A stretch of 64,000 bases of DNA. Origin: Candidatus Eiseniibacteriota bacterium. GTDB lineage: Bacteria; Eisenbacteria; RBG-16-71-46. Positions 21,181-31,447 of the stretch are shown here, one piece after another. The stretch spans positions 160,001-224,000 of the forward strand of contig JBGAML010000003.1 of NCBI GenBank assembly GCA_044223005.1, in the 5' to 3' direction. Every line of letters starts with the position of its first letter. The stretch's first letter is position 1. Made by a program: the position numbers and the translations under genes. Below the pieces are notes generated by a model that was given only the letters and a program-made list of their open reading frames with translations, was not told the origin of the DNA and made no database searches.

Positions 21181-21696
21181 ATGCCTCTCGTCTTCCTCGG
21201 CCGGATCGGCCGACCGCACGGCGTGGCGGGCGAGCTGTACGTGGACCAGCTCTCCCTGTCGGCCGAAGAGCTGCTCGAGTTGCGCCGGATGGAATGGCGC
21301 GGCCGCGGCGACGACCGTCGCACGCTGCACGTCAAGTCCGCGCGCGCGACGCACGACCGCATGCTCGTCCACTTCGCCGGCGTCCCCGACCGCGATGCCG
21401 CAGCCGAACTGGTGAACGGCGAGCTCTGGGTGGAATCCGAACGCATGCCCGATCCGGGCCCCGGCGTCGTGTACGTCTACCAGCTGGTCGGGCTCACGGT
21501 GGTGGACCAGGACGGCCAGACGCTCGGCGTGCTTCGCGACGTCACCACGACCACGGCGCAGCCGCTCTACGTGGTCGAGCGCGACGGCAAGGAACATCTC
21601 TACCCGGGCTTCACTCCGTTCGTGAAGAACGTCGATCTCGCGGCACGCGTGATCACCATGGAGCTGCCGCCGGGGTTCGAGGACCTGCCCTCGTGA
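21181..21696 (+). CDS. rimM: Ribosome maturation factor RimM
   Basis: LGRIGRPHGVAGE, DRDAAAEL, YQLVGLTVVD, VDLAARVITMELPPG. Confidence 0.9.
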   Translation: MPLVFLGRIGRPHGVAGELYVDQLSLSAEELLELRRMEWRGRGDDRRTLHVKSARATHDRMLVHFAGVPDRDAAAELVNGELWVESERMPDPGPGVVYVYQLVGLTVVDQDGQTLGVLRDVTTTTAQPLYVVERDGKEHLYPGFTPFVKNVDLAARVITMELPPGFEDLPS

Positions 21697-22451
21697 AGAT
21701 CACGCTGGTCACGATCTTTCCCGGATTCTTCCCGCCGGTGCTCGCGGACGGCATGATCCGCGTGGCGCGCGAGAAGAATCGCCTCGACGTCGAGATCGTG
21801 AACCTGCGCGACTTCACCGACGACGTGCACCAGACCGTGGACGATTCGCCGTTCGGCGGTGGCGCCGGCATGGTGATGAAGATCGAGCCCATCCACCGCG
21901 CGCTCCGCTCGCTCGCCGTGGGAACGAAGGACGAACGCCCCGCCGGCACGCGCGTCGTGCTCACGTCGCCGCAGGGGCCTGCATTCACGCAGCGCACCGC
22001 GATCGAGTGGGCGGTCCTGGACCACCTCGTGATCGTGTGCGGCCGCTACAAGGGCGTCGACGAACGCGTCGCCGAGCACCTGGTCGACGGCGAGTTCTCG
22101 GTCGGCGACTTCGTGCTCTCGGGCGGCGAGCCGGCCGCGCTCTGCGTGGTGGACGCGCTCGCGCGGCTGCAGCCCGACGTCGTGGGCAAGTTCGATTCGG
22201 CGGAAAGCGATTCCTTCCATTCGGGGCTGCTCGATTCGGCCTACTGGACGCGGCCCGCGGAGTACCAGGGGTGGCGCGTGCCGGACGTGCTGCTTTCGGG
22301 CAACCACGCCGAGATCGAGAAGGCCCGCCGCCGGCAGGCGCTGGAGCGCACGTGGGAACGCCGCCCGGACCTGCTGGAGGGTGCGGACCTGACGCGCGAG
22401 GAGCGCGCGTGGCTGCGCGCGCGGACGCGCGACGCGGAACCGCGCGCGTGA
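21693..22451 (+). CDS. trmD: tRNA (guanine37-N1)-methyltransferase
   Basis: VDDSPFGGGAGMVMK, SPQG, CGRYKGVDERV, SVGDFVLSGGE, VPDVLLSGNHAEI. Confidence 0.95.
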   Translation: MKITLVTIFPGFFPPVLADGMIRVAREKNRLDVEIVNLRDFTDDVHQTVDDSPFGGGAGMVMKIEPIHRALRSLAVGTKDERPAGTRVVLTSPQGPAFTQRTAIEWAVLDHLVIVCGRYKGVDERVAEHLVDGEFSVGDFVLSGGEPAALCVVDALARLQPDVVGKFDSAESDSFHSGLLDSAYWTRPAEYQGWRVPDVLLSGNHAEIEKARRRQALERTWERRPDLLEGADLTREERAWLRARTRDAEPRA

Positions 22452-23653
22452 GCGTTCCCGCGACGGCGCGTTCGCCCGGCGCGCTCGGCACCGCGGCCGC
22501 GTGGGCGTTCGCGCTGCTCTTCGTCACGCTCCCGGGGCCGATCGCGCCCATGGGCATCGCGACCGGGCTCTGCGTGGTGACGACACTGGCGCTCGTCGCG
22601 ACACGCCACGAGCGCTGGCCGCGCACGCCGGTCGATCGCGCGATGCTCGGCTGGGCGCTCGCGCTGCTGCTGTCGGCGCTCTTCGCCCAGGACCGCGCGG
22701 CGAGCCTGCCGCGGCTCACCAAGGCGCTGTTCCCGTTGCTCGCGGGGGTCGCGACGCTGCGGGCGCGGAACGTACGCGACGCCGAACGCGCGCTCGCCGC
22801 GTGGTTCGCGGCCACGGCGGCCGTCGCGGTGTGGGGCACGGGCGTGTGGGTGATGCACGGCGCGAGCTTCGCGCAGCGCGCCCGCGGGCTCTCGGGCCAC
22901 TACATGACGTTCGCCGGCCAGCTCTCGCTCATGCTCCCGGTCGCGATCGCGATCGCGGTGCGCGACCGCCGGCCCGCGTGGCGGATCGGTTCCGGCCTGG
23001 CGGCGCTGCTGGCGCTGGTGGCGCTGGGCGCGACGTTCACGCGCAGCGCGTGGATCGCGTTCGTGGTTTCGTGCGCGGTGATCGCGGGCTTCACGTGGCC
23101 GCTCGCGCTGATCGTACTGGCCGTGGTCGTGGGCGGGGTGTTCGCGTTCGCGCCCGGCAGCGTGGGCGCGCGGCTCCGCAGCGTCTTCGATCCGCACAAT
23201 CCGTGGAACCAGCAGCGCGTCTACATGTGGGACGCGGGGCTCCGCATGTTCCGCGACCACCCGTGGACGGGCGTCGGCCTGCAGGACCTTCACCGGCTCT
23301 ACGACCAGTACCGCCTGCCCCAGGCGACCGAGCGCGCGGGGCACCTGCACAACGTCATCGTCCAGGTCGCGGCGCAGATGGGCGCGATCGGGCTCGCCGC
23401 GTTCGCGTGGCTCTACGGCTCGCTCGCGGGCTGCGCGGCGATCGGGCTGCCGGCGTCGCTCCGCCGCGGCGGCTTCGCAGGCGCGGTGCGGCTGGGCGCG
23501 CTCGCGGCGATCGTGGGCTTCCTCGTGGCCGGCTTCTTCGAGTGGAACTTCGGCGACGAGGAGCTGCTCTACGGCCTCTGGGCGCTCGCGGGCCTCGCGT
23601 GGGCCGCGAGCACGTGGGACGCGGAGACGCCGGACGCTCCGCGCGGGGAGTGA
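22448..23653 (+). CDS. O-antigen ligase family protein
   Basis: TFTRSAW, RVYMWDAGLRMFRDHPWTGVG, HLHNVIVQVAAQMGAIG; GTG overlaps trmD stop. Confidence 0.85.
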   Translation: MSVPATARSPGALGTAAAWAFALLFVTLPGPIAPMGIATGLCVVTTLALVATRHERWPRTPVDRAMLGWALALLLSALFAQDRAASLPRLTKALFPLLAGVATLRARNVRDAERALAAWFAATAAVAVWGTGVWVMHGASFAQRARGLSGHYMTFAGQLSLMLPVAIAIAVRDRRPAWRIGSGLAALLALVALGATFTRSAWIAFVVSCAVIAGFTWPLALIVLAVVVGGVFAFAPGSVGARLRSVFDPHNPWNQQRVYMWDAGLRMFRDHPWTGVGLQDLHRLYDQYRLPQATERAGHLHNVIVQVAAQMGAIGLAAFAWLYGSLAGCAAIGLPASLRRGGFAGAVRLGALAAIVGFLVAGFFEWNFGDEELLYGLWALAGLAWAASTWDAETPDAPRGE

Positions 23654-23657
23654 TCCC

Positions 23658-24821
23658 ATGCGCGTCGCACTCGTCCATGACTGGCTGACCGGCATGCGCG
23701 GGGGCGAGCGCGTGCTCGAGCGCATCGCCCGCCTCTTTCCGGACGCGCCGATCTACACGCTCGTCTGGACGCGCGGCGGCGTGTCGGCGGAACTCGAGTC
23801 GCACCCGATCCGCACGTCGTTCCTGCAGCGCTTCCCGGACGCCGAGAAGCGCTACCGCTGGTACCTGCCGTTCTTCCCGCGCGCGATCGAATCGTTCGAC
23901 CTCTCGGGCTTCGACGCGGTGATCTCGACGAGCCACGCGGTCGCCAAGGGCGTGCGCACCGGGCCGGACACCTTCCACCTGAGCTACGTGCACACGCCCA
24001 TGCGCTACGTGTGGGACCTCGAGAACGAGTACTTCCCGCCGGGAAAGTTCGGCTGGCCGCTGGATGCGTACGTGCACGCGACGTGCGCGAACCTGCGCGC
24101 GTGGGACCGCGCGACCGCGAACCGGCCGCACGTGCTGCTCGCCAACTCCGCGCACGTGGCGGCGCGCATCCGCCGCCACTGGGGCCGCGCCGCCGAGGTG
24201 CTGCATCCGCCGATCGACGTCGAGCGCTTCCGTCTCGCGGACATGCCCCGCGAGCGCTACCTGCTGGCGGGCGCGTTCGCGCCCTACAAGCGCGCGGACC
24301 TCGCGCTGGAAGCCTGCAAGGTGCTCGGCCGTCCGGTGCGCGTCGCGGGCAGCGGGCAGGAGCGCGAGCGGCTCGAACGCCTCGCGCCCGCGGGCACGGA
24401 GTTCCTGGGCTGGCTGGGCGACGACGCGCTCTCGCGCCTCTACGAAGGCGGGCGCGCGCTGCTGTTCCCGGGCGAGGAGGACTTCGGGATGATGCCGGTC
24501 GAGGCCATGGCGAGCGGTACGCCGGTGATCGCCTACGGCCGCGGCGGCGCACTCGAGACCGTGGGCCTCGGCGCGAGCGCCGAAGCCCTCGCGACGGTCG
24601 CGGCTGGCGGCGCGGCGCGCGTGCCGGGTGGCGTCCTGTTCGGCACGCAGACGGCGGACGGCCTCGCGGACGCGATGCGGCTCTTCGAGCGCGAAACGTT
24701 CGATCCCGCCGCACTGCGCCGGCTCGCCCAGCCGTTCGCGGGCGAGCACTTCGACGCGGGCTTCCGGCGCGCGTTCGAGCGCGGGCTCGAGTCCTGGCAG
24801 GCGGCGCGGCGGCGCGCGTGA
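23658..24821 (+). CDS. Glycosyltransferase family 4 (WbaZ-like mannosyltransferase)
   Basis: MRVALVHDWLTGMRGGERVL, YVHTPMRYVWD, EEDFGMMPVEAMASGTPVIAYG. Confidence 0.9.
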   Translation: MRVALVHDWLTGMRGGERVLERIARLFPDAPIYTLVWTRGGVSAELESHPIRTSFLQRFPDAEKRYRWYLPFFPRAIESFDLSGFDAVISTSHAVAKGVRTGPDTFHLSYVHTPMRYVWDLENEYFPPGKFGWPLDAYVHATCANLRAWDRATANRPHVLLANSAHVAARIRRHWGRAAEVLHPPIDVERFRLADMPRERYLLAGAFAPYKRADLALEACKVLGRPVRVAGSGQERERLERLAPAGTEFLGWLGDDALSRLYEGGRALLFPGEEDFGMMPVEAMASGTPVIAYGRGGALETVGLGASAEALATVAAGGAARVPGGVLFGTQTADGLADAMRLFERETFDPAALRRLAQPFAGEHFDAGFRRAFERGLESWQAARRRA

Positions 24822-24831
24822 GCCGGGGGCT

Positions 24832-25848
24832 TCAGCGCCCGGCGATCGCGTCCGCGTAGACGCGCTCGGTCGCCTCGGCGATCGCCGCCCACTCGTAGGC
24901 GCGCGGCAGTCCCGCCGCGGGACGCGCCGGCTTCGCCGCGACGAGCCGCGCGAGCGCCTCGCGCCACGCGCCTGCCTCGGGCGCGACGATCTCGCCGTTC
25001 TCGCGCGGCCGCACGATCTCCGGGGCGTTGCCCACGTCGTGCGCGAGCGTGTAGAGCCGGTTCGCGAGCATCTCGAGCAGCGCGACGCTGCAGCCCTCGT
25101 ACCACGACGGCAGAGCGCCCATGTCGGCCGCGTGGATCCAGTCGACGACGCCGGCGTGCGGCAGTGGGCCGGTCACGAGCCGGCCGGGCGAGCGTTCGGT
25201 GGCGCGGCCGCCGACGGTGACCCAGAGCGCGTTCGCGTGCTCCGCGCGCACGGCGTCCCACGCGCGGCCGAGCAGACCGTACCCCTTCACGAAGTCGTCG
25301 CGCCCGATCGTGAGCAGTACGACCGTGTCTTCCGGCACGCCCCAGCGCGCGCGCACGGCGGCGCGGTCCGCGACCGGTGCCGCCGGCGTGACGCCGTTGC
25401 TGATCACGGTGGCGCGCGCCGGATCGAGCCCGTGCCAGCGCGCGAAGTCGCGGCGCACCCGTTCGGCCACCGCGATCAGCCGCCCGCGCCGGTGCGCGAG
25501 CGCGCGTTCCGCGGCGACGGCGCGCCAGTTGGGGAGGTTGGCCAGCGTCTGCAGGCGGCCGATGCGCACGTAGGTCGCCATCTTGGCGGCGACGCAGAAG
25601 TGCAGTGTGCCGACGAAGGCCTTCGCGTCGCGCAGCATCGGCGGGAATGCGCCGCCGTGGTGGTGCACGACGTCATACCGCGCGAGTTCGGGCCGCTCGA
25701 CCACCGGGAAGGGGAGCGGCTTCGACGCCTGGCCCATCAGCTCGACCGCGTGGCCGCGCGCCACGAGGTGCGCCGCGAGCTCGCGCAGGTGCGTCTCGAG
25801 CCCGCCGGGCAGCGAGACGTCGACCTCGCTCTGCAGCAGGATCCTCAC
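24832..25848 (-). CDS. Glycosyltransferase family 4
   Basis: PGGLETHL, VISNGV, IGRDDFVKG, LPSWYEGCSVALLE. Confidence 0.82.
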   Translation of the reverse strand: MRILLQSEVDVSLPGGLETHLRELAAHLVARGHAVELMGQASKPLPFPVVERPELARYDVVHHHGGAFPPMLRDAKAFVGTLHFCVAAKMATYVRIGRLQTLANLPNWRAVAAERALAHRRGRLIAVAERVRRDFARWHGLDPARATVISNGVTPAAPVADRAAVRARWGVPEDTVVLLTIGRDDFVKGYGLLGRAWDAVRAEHANALWVTVGGRATERSPGRLVTGPLPHAGVVDWIHAADMGALPSWYEGCSVALLEMLANRLYTLAHDVGNAPEIVRPRENGEIVAPEAGAWREALARLVAAKPARPAAGLPRAYEWAAIAEATERVYADAIAGR

Positions 25849-26807
25849 GCCGCACCTCGCGCCGCCCGCCGCGCGCGGCCCGTGAACGCGACGGGCCACG
25901 AGAGCGCCCACCAGGTGAACGCAGCGCGGCGGGACCGCAGCACCCGGCTCGCCCGCGCGAGCACGGCGCGCGCCTCGCGGACACGGCCCTCGCGCACGAG
26001 CAGCTCGCCGAGTACGAGGTCCACGCGGTCGGCGCGCGGGTACTCGGCGAGGAACGCCTCGGCGCTCGCGGCGCGCTCGAGGATCGCGATGCCGTCGACG
26101 CCGCGCTCGCGGCGCTCCTCGGCGAACGCGCGCGCGATCGCCGCGTGCAGCAGCTGCTGGTCGCGCGCCCGCGCGAACACGCCGCCCGGGTGGGCGCGCC
26201 ACTGGTAGAGCGGCTCGGGCAGGTTGGCGAGCCCGGCGTCCGCCGGGAAGCGCAGCCAGAGGTCGTAGTCCTGCGAGGCGCGGAATGCCTTGCGATAGCC
26301 GCCCGCGCGCTCGTACGCCGCGCGCCGCATCACCACCGAGCCGTGGACGAACGGCGTCGCGCGCGCGAGGCGGCGGCGGATCGCCGCGGGCTCGGTGAGC
26401 ACGGGTTCGGTGCCGGTGAGGGCGCCGGCCGCGTCGATCACCTCCGCGGCGGTGCCGAGCAGTGCGATCTCCGGATGCGCGTCGAGGAACGCGAGCTGCT
26501 TCGCGAGCCGGTCGGGGTGCGAGACGTCGTCGTCGTCCTGGCGCGCGAGCAGCTCTCCGCGCGCCTCCGATGCCGCGAGCGCGAGCGCCCCCGCCAGGCC
26601 GATCCCTTCGGTGCGCAGCACGCGCACCTCCGGATGGGCCGCGGCATGCGCCGCCAGCAGCGCGTGCGTGCCGTCGGTCGAGCCGTCGTCCACCGCGACC
26701 AGTTCCGCGCCGGGCAGCGTCTGGCGCGCGAGGCTCGCGAGCGACGCGGCGAGATGGCGCTCGCCGTTCCGGCTCGCGAGCAGCACCGAGACGCGAGGGG
26801 CGCTCAC
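25845..26807 (-). CDS. Glycosyltransferase family 2
   Basis: VSVLLASRNG, VDDGSTDGT, ARQDDDDVSHPDRL, SQDYDLWLR. Confidence 0.88.
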   Translation of the reverse strand: MSAPRVSVLLASRNGERHLAASLASLARQTLPGAELVAVDDGSTDGTHALLAAHAAAHPEVRVLRTEGIGLAGALALAASEARGELLARQDDDDVSHPDRLAKQLAFLDAHPEIALLGTAAEVIDAAGALTGTEPVLTEPAAIRRRLARATPFVHGSVVMRRAAYERAGGYRKAFRASQDYDLWLRFPADAGLANLPEPLYQWRAHPGGVFARARDQQLLHAAIARAFAEERRERGVDGIAILERAASAEAFLAEYPRADRVDLVLGELLVREGRVREARAVLARASRVLRSRRAAFTWWALSWPVAFTGRARRAARGAA

Positions 26808-28639
26808 GCGTCCACGCTCACGCCGTATTCGCGCGCCCAGCGTTCGAGCGCCGCGAGGCCGAAGAGCCGGTAGGTCGCGAGCCCGTCGCTGTTTCCCGCG
26901 CCGAAGCGTTCGACCTCGGCGCGCAGCGCACCGGGCCGGAAGAGCGTGCCGGTCGCCTGCGGATCGAGCAGCAGGCCCTCGAGCCACGGGCGAAGCCGTC
27001 CGCGCAGCCACTCGGCGAGCGGCAGCTGGAAGCCGATCTTGCGCGCGGCGAGCGGCGCCGCGGGCAGCCGGTCGCGCACGAGCCGGCGCAGGAGCGGCTT
27101 GGTCGCGAACGCCGACGCGCGGTGCGCGGCGGGCAGCCGGCCCACGTGCTCGAACAACCGGTGCTCGAGCAGCGGCGAGCGGTTCTCGAGCGCGAAGCGC
27201 ATCGACGCGACGTCCACCTTCACGAGCAGGTCGTCGGGCAGGTAGGTGCCCGTGTCCCACGCGAACATCGCCGTGGTGAGATCGCTCGCGGACGTGGCCG
27301 CCGCAGCGGACGCCGCCGCCGGCCCGAGCAGCGCGTCCAGGTGCGCGGGCGAGGCGATCGCGCCCTGCTCGCGCGCGGCCGCGGCCGGGCCTTCGCGCTC
27401 GTACACCTCGATCGTGCGCCGCGCGTGCGGCGCATGCCGGGCCATGCGCTTCAGGGCTTCGAGCCCGCCGGGCCAGCGCGCGGCGAGGTCGATGCGGCGC
27501 GCGAGCCGGTAGCGCGTGTAGCCGCCGAACAGCTCGTCGCCGCCGTCGCCGTTCAGGATCACCTTCACGTGCTGCGCGGCCTCGCGGGCGATCAGCGCGG
27601 TCGTGACCACGGCGCTGTCGCCCAGCGGTTCGCCGAAGTGGGCGAGCGTCGCGTCGATCGAGTCCTCGATGCCGGCCTCCAGCACCAGCTCCGTGTGCTC
27701 GGCGCCGAAACGCGCCGCGGACTCGCGGGCGATCGCGCGCTCGTCGGGCAGGCCCGCGAAGCCGATCGTGAACGTGCGGATGGGCGAGTGCCCGATCGCG
27801 CGGAGGCGTTCGAGCACGGTGGTCGAGTCCACGCCGCCGCTCAGGAACACGCCGATCGGTACGTCGCTCACCGTGCGCAGCCGCGTCGCCTCGGTGAGCT
27901 CGGCGTCCAGCTGCTCGAACCACGCGGCGTCGGCGCGCTGCACCGGGTCGGGTTCGGGCAGGCGCCACCAGCGCTCGGGCTCGGCGGTGCGGCCCGCGGC
28001 GCCGGCGCGCACGAGCATGCGATGGCCCGCGGGGAGCTTGTGCATCCCGGCGACCAGCGTGTGCGGTGCGGGCACGTAGAGGAAGCGCACGTAGTCGCGC
28101 AGCCGCTCGCGGTCGAGCCGCGCGCGCACGAACGGCAGCCGCAGCAGAGCGCGCGCCTCGGACGCGAACGCGAGCCACTCGTCGGTGCGGATCCAGACCA
28201 GCGGCTTCTTGCCGAGGCGGTCACGCGCGAGCAGCAGCTCGCCGCGCGTGCGGTCCCAGAGCCCGAACGCGAACATGCCACGCGCCGCGTGCAGCCCGTC
28301 GGCGCCGCGGTGCGCGAGCAGTTCGACCAGCACCTCGGTGTCGGATCGCGAGCGCAGCGCGACGCCGTCGGCGGCGAGCGCGCGGCCGACCTCGGCGTGG
28401 TTGTAGATCTCGCCGTTCTGCACGATCTGGAAACGGCCGTCGCCCGACGCCATGGGCTGGTGCCCCGCGGCGCTCGTGTCGATGATCGACAGCCGCCGGT
28501 GCGCGAGCACGATCCGCTCGTCCGCGTAGACGCCGTGGTCGTCGGGGCCGCGGTGCGCGAGGCCGTCCGTCAGCAGCCGGCCCCACGCGGGGTCGGGCGA
28601 ACGTTCGCCGAGCGCCAGGACGCCGCCGATTCCGCACAT
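26804..28639 (-). CDS. asnB: Asparagine synthase (glutamine-hydrolyzing) family amidotransferase
   Basis: MCGIGG Ntn N-terminus, HRGPD, NGEIYNH, FLSGGVDS, GDGGDELFGGY, YLPDDLLVKVD. Confidence 0.92.
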   Translation of the reverse strand: MCGIGGVLALGERSPDPAWGRLLTDGLAHRGPDDHGVYADERIVLAHRRLSIIDTSAAGHQPMASGDGRFQIVQNGEIYNHAEVGRALAADGVALRSRSDTEVLVELLAHRGADGLHAARGMFAFGLWDRTRGELLLARDRLGKKPLVWIRTDEWLAFASEARALLRLPFVRARLDRERLRDYVRFLYVPAPHTLVAGMHKLPAGHRMLVRAGAAGRTAEPERWWRLPEPDPVQRADAAWFEQLDAELTEATRLRTVSDVPIGVFLSGGVDSTTVLERLRAIGHSPIRTFTIGFAGLPDERAIARESAARFGAEHTELVLEAGIEDSIDATLAHFGEPLGDSAVVTTALIAREAAQHVKVILNGDGGDELFGGYTRYRLARRIDLAARWPGGLEALKRMARHAPHARRTIEVYEREGPAAAAREQGAIASPAHLDALLGPAAASAAAATSASDLTTAMFAWDTGTYLPDDLLVKVDVASMRFALENRSPLLEHRLFEHVGRLPAAHRASAFATKPLLRRLVRDRLPAAPLAARKIGFQLPLAEWLRGRLRPWLEGLLLDPQATGTLFRPGALRAEVERFGAGNSDGLATYRLFGLAALERWAREYGVSVDA

Positions 28640-28868
28640 GGTCAGCGGTTCTCCCCGTGAGTGGCGTGCGCTCGCGGTGCGAGGGGGCGGAGGGCGTTCT
28701 CCGATCCCCGGCGAAGGATCGTGGGCGGCATCGGGCTCCGGTGGCGGGATGGACGCGCGAAGGGCGCGAGGGCGGCACTATAGCACGCGTTCGCGGGCGC
28801 TCCGGGCGGTGTGCCGGAACGTCCGCGGCGATTGACACCACCGCGAGCGGCCCCGAGACTGCGCGGCC

Positions 28869-30230
28869 ATGTCCGAACCGCGTCTCGCCGTGTGGAAGAG
28901 CCGGGCCCTGCGGCTGTGGCTCGCCGCAGGGACGCCGGTGGTCGGCGCCCTCGGCAGCGTGGCCCGCAACAAGTGGCTCGCGTTGCACCTCGATCCGGCG
29001 GGCCTGGGCGTGCTCGGGCAGGTGGTCGCGGGGCAGACCTGGCTCGGCACGCTGACCGGCCTCGGGCTCGCCGTGCCGGTGGCGCGCAGCATCGGCGCGG
29101 CGCTTGCGCGCGACGACGCCGAGGCCGTGCGCCGCACGTTCGCGACCGCGCGCCGCATGATCGGCGTGACCACGCTGGTCGCGGCAGCGCTCGGGCTCGC
29201 GTTCGCGCCGTGGGCGAGCCTCGCGCTCTTCGGGACGGCCGAGCACGCAGGGCTCGTGCGGATCTCGATGCTCGCGGTGGTCGGGCTCGGGCACCAGGCG
29301 CTCCTCAACGGCCTCTTCGCCGGGCACTCGGACGTGAAGACGCCGTTCACGTACGCCGTCGCGGGCGCCGTGGTCATGGTCGGCGCCGCGCTGCTGCTCG
29401 TGCCGCGCTTCGCGATCGGCGGCGCGGTCTGGAGCGTGAGCCTCTTCTGGCCCGCCGCGATCGCGGTGTCGCTGCTCGTGCACGGCGGCCGGTATCGCGC
29501 CGCGTTCGCGCGCCCGGCGGGCCCGTCGTTCGATCCCGCCGAGGCGCGCGCGATGCTCGGCGTCGCGATGGCCTCGCTCGCGCTGGGGCTCGCCGATCTC
29601 GGGACGCTGCTCGTGCTGCGCTCGCACTACGTGCGCATCGCCGGGCTCGCCGCCAACGGATTGCTGCAGGCGTCGCTCGGGCTCTCGCAGCAGCTCGGCT
29701 CGCTCATCTACGCGTACCTGTCGGCGTACGCATTCGGCCGCATCAGCGGCCAGCGCGACGTGGCCGGCGTGCGGCACTACACGCGGCTCAACTGGACGCC
29801 GCTCGTGGGGCTCGGCGCGCTCGGCTGCCTCGCGACCGGGCTGCTCGCGACGCCGCTGCTTCACCTGCTCTATTCGAGCCGGTTCGACGCGGCCGGCCCG
29901 ATGCTCGCGTGGATGCTCGCCGGCGAGTTCGGCAAGATCGGCGTGCAGGTGTGGGCGCTGGGCGCGCTGCCCGTGGGCGGCGTGCGGCTCTGGGTGCCGA
30001 TCGGCGTTTCGAGCGTACTCGGCACGCTGGCCGGCTACGCGGCCGCCGCGCACGCCGGGGCCGGCGTGCTGGCGTTGCCGCTGGCCTACGCCGCGGGCGC
30101 CGGCGTGTCGATGCTCGTGACCGGCGTGCTGATGAGCGCACGCGGCGTCACGCTGCGTCCGCGCGACCTCGCGCTCTGGCTCGCCGGCGCGGCGCTGCTC
30201 GTCGCGCTCGCGATCTCGAAGTCGCGCTGA
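28869..30230 (+). CDS. O-antigen translocase/flippase (WzxE-like)
   Basis: RNKWLALHLDPAGLGVLGQ, LLYSSRFDAA; multi-TM. Confidence 0.78.
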   Translation: MSEPRLAVWKSRALRLWLAAGTPVVGALGSVARNKWLALHLDPAGLGVLGQVVAGQTWLGTLTGLGLAVPVARSIGAALARDDAEAVRRTFATARRMIGVTTLVAAALGLAFAPWASLALFGTAEHAGLVRISMLAVVGLGHQALLNGLFAGHSDVKTPFTYAVAGAVVMVGAALLLVPRFAIGGAVWSVSLFWPAAIAVSLLVHGGRYRAAFARPAGPSFDPAEARAMLGVAMASLALGLADLGTLLVLRSHYVRIAGLAANGLLQASLGLSQQLGSLIYAYLSAYAFGRISGQRDVAGVRHYTRLNWTPLVGLGALGCLATGLLATPLLHLLYSSRFDAAGPMLAWMLAGEFGKIGVQVWALGALPVGGVRLWVPIGVSSVLGTLAGYAAAAHAGAGVLALPLAYAAGAGVSMLVTGVLMSARGVTLRPRDLALWLAGAALLVALAISKSR

Positions 30231-30233
30231 GCG

Positions 30234-31394
30234 TCAGCCGCGCGGCGCGAGCCCGCGGCGCGCCAGCTCCGCGAACAGCGCCTCGAAGCGGCGCTCCCAC
30301 GTGTGGTCGCGGCGCGCCCGCGCGTGCCCGGAGGCACGCACGCGTTCGCGCGCGGCGTCGTTCGCGAGGTAGAAGCGGCACTTGTCCACGAGCTCGGCGC
30401 GGTCGCGGTAGGTCTCGATCTCGCGGCCCAGTTCGTAGAGCTCGGCCAGCTCGGGCAGGTGGCCCGTCAGGTAGAAGCCGCCGGCCATGGTCGCCTCGAA
30501 CTCGCGCAGCCGCACCTGCCGCAGCGGCCGCAGCGTGCGGTGCGTGTCGCCCAGCACGAGGAAGCCGAGGTTGATCCGGCTGCGCGCGAACAGCGCCACG
30601 TACTCCGCGTCGTTCACGGGCCCGTGCAGCGCCGGCGCGTGCCGCTCGCGCAGCCGCTTCCATGCGTCGCGATCGGCCAGCGCCACCCACGGGCGCCGGC
30701 CGTTCAGGGCGTCGCGCACGAGCTTGGCCGCGGCCGCGAGCGGCCCCGCGGCCTCGGCGGCGCCCTGCGCGATCGCGCGCGTGCTCTCCCAGCCCTGGCC
30801 GAACGCATGCGCGTCGAGCCCGGCCTCGAGCAGCGCGAACATCAGCTGCGTGCGGTCGCCGTAGCGCTGGCCCGCGAACGTGATGCCGAGATCGGGCGTC
30901 ACGTCGCGCGGCGCGTACGCGAGCGGGTCGGCCGCCATGGGCCACCAGAGTGGCGTCGCGCCCGCGGCCGCGTAGCGCGCCATCGCCTCGCGCTCGGGCA
31001 CGAGGCAGAGGTCGAAGTGCTTCGCCGTGCGCTGCACCAGATGGAACTGGTGCACGTTGTTGCAGAAGAAGTTCACGACGGGCGCCACCGTGCGCCGCAG
31101 TTCGTCCAGCGCCGCGGGCTCGAAGTGGCAGTCGCTCACGTACGTGAACACGAAGTCGAGCGGCTTCTCGGCGTGCGCGGCGCGGATCGCCTCCAGGCAG
31201 CGCTGCGTGAAGCGCGCGCGCGGCTCGCGCGTGGACTCGGCAGCCGGGTCGAGATCGAAGAGCGGCTGCACGCCTTCGCCGTAGAGCACGACGTCGTGCC
31301 CCATGCGCACGAGTGGGTCGTGCAGGTTGGTCTTCCAGAGGCTCGAGGCGAAGGTGGGATTCGGGCTCGCCGCGAGAACCATGAACAGGCGCAT
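30234..31394 (-). CDS. CgeB-like glycosyltransferase
   Basis: FAGQRYGDR, RSRINLGF, RLREFEATMAGGFYLT, HTWERRF. Confidence 0.82.
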   Translation of the reverse strand: MRLFMVLAASPNPTFASSLWKTNLHDPLVRMGHDVVLYGEGVQPLFDLDPAAESTREPRARFTQRCLEAIRAAHAEKPLDFVFTYVSDCHFEPAALDELRRTVAPVVNFFCNNVHQFHLVQRTAKHFDLCLVPEREAMARYAAAGATPLWWPMAADPLAYAPRDVTPDLGITFAGQRYGDRTQLMFALLEAGLDAHAFGQGWESTRAIAQGAAEAAGPLAAAAKLVRDALNGRRPWVALADRDAWKRLRERHAPALHGPVNDAEYVALFARSRINLGFLVLGDTHRTLRPLRQVRLREFEATMAGGFYLTGHLPELAELYELGREIETYRDRAELVDKCRFYLANDAARERVRASGHARARRDHTWERRFEALFAELARRGLAPRG

Positions 31395-31447
31395 GCAGCG
31401 TCACCGCGCGCGCGGCGGCCGCGGCGGAGCCCGCCGCGGCGCGCGCG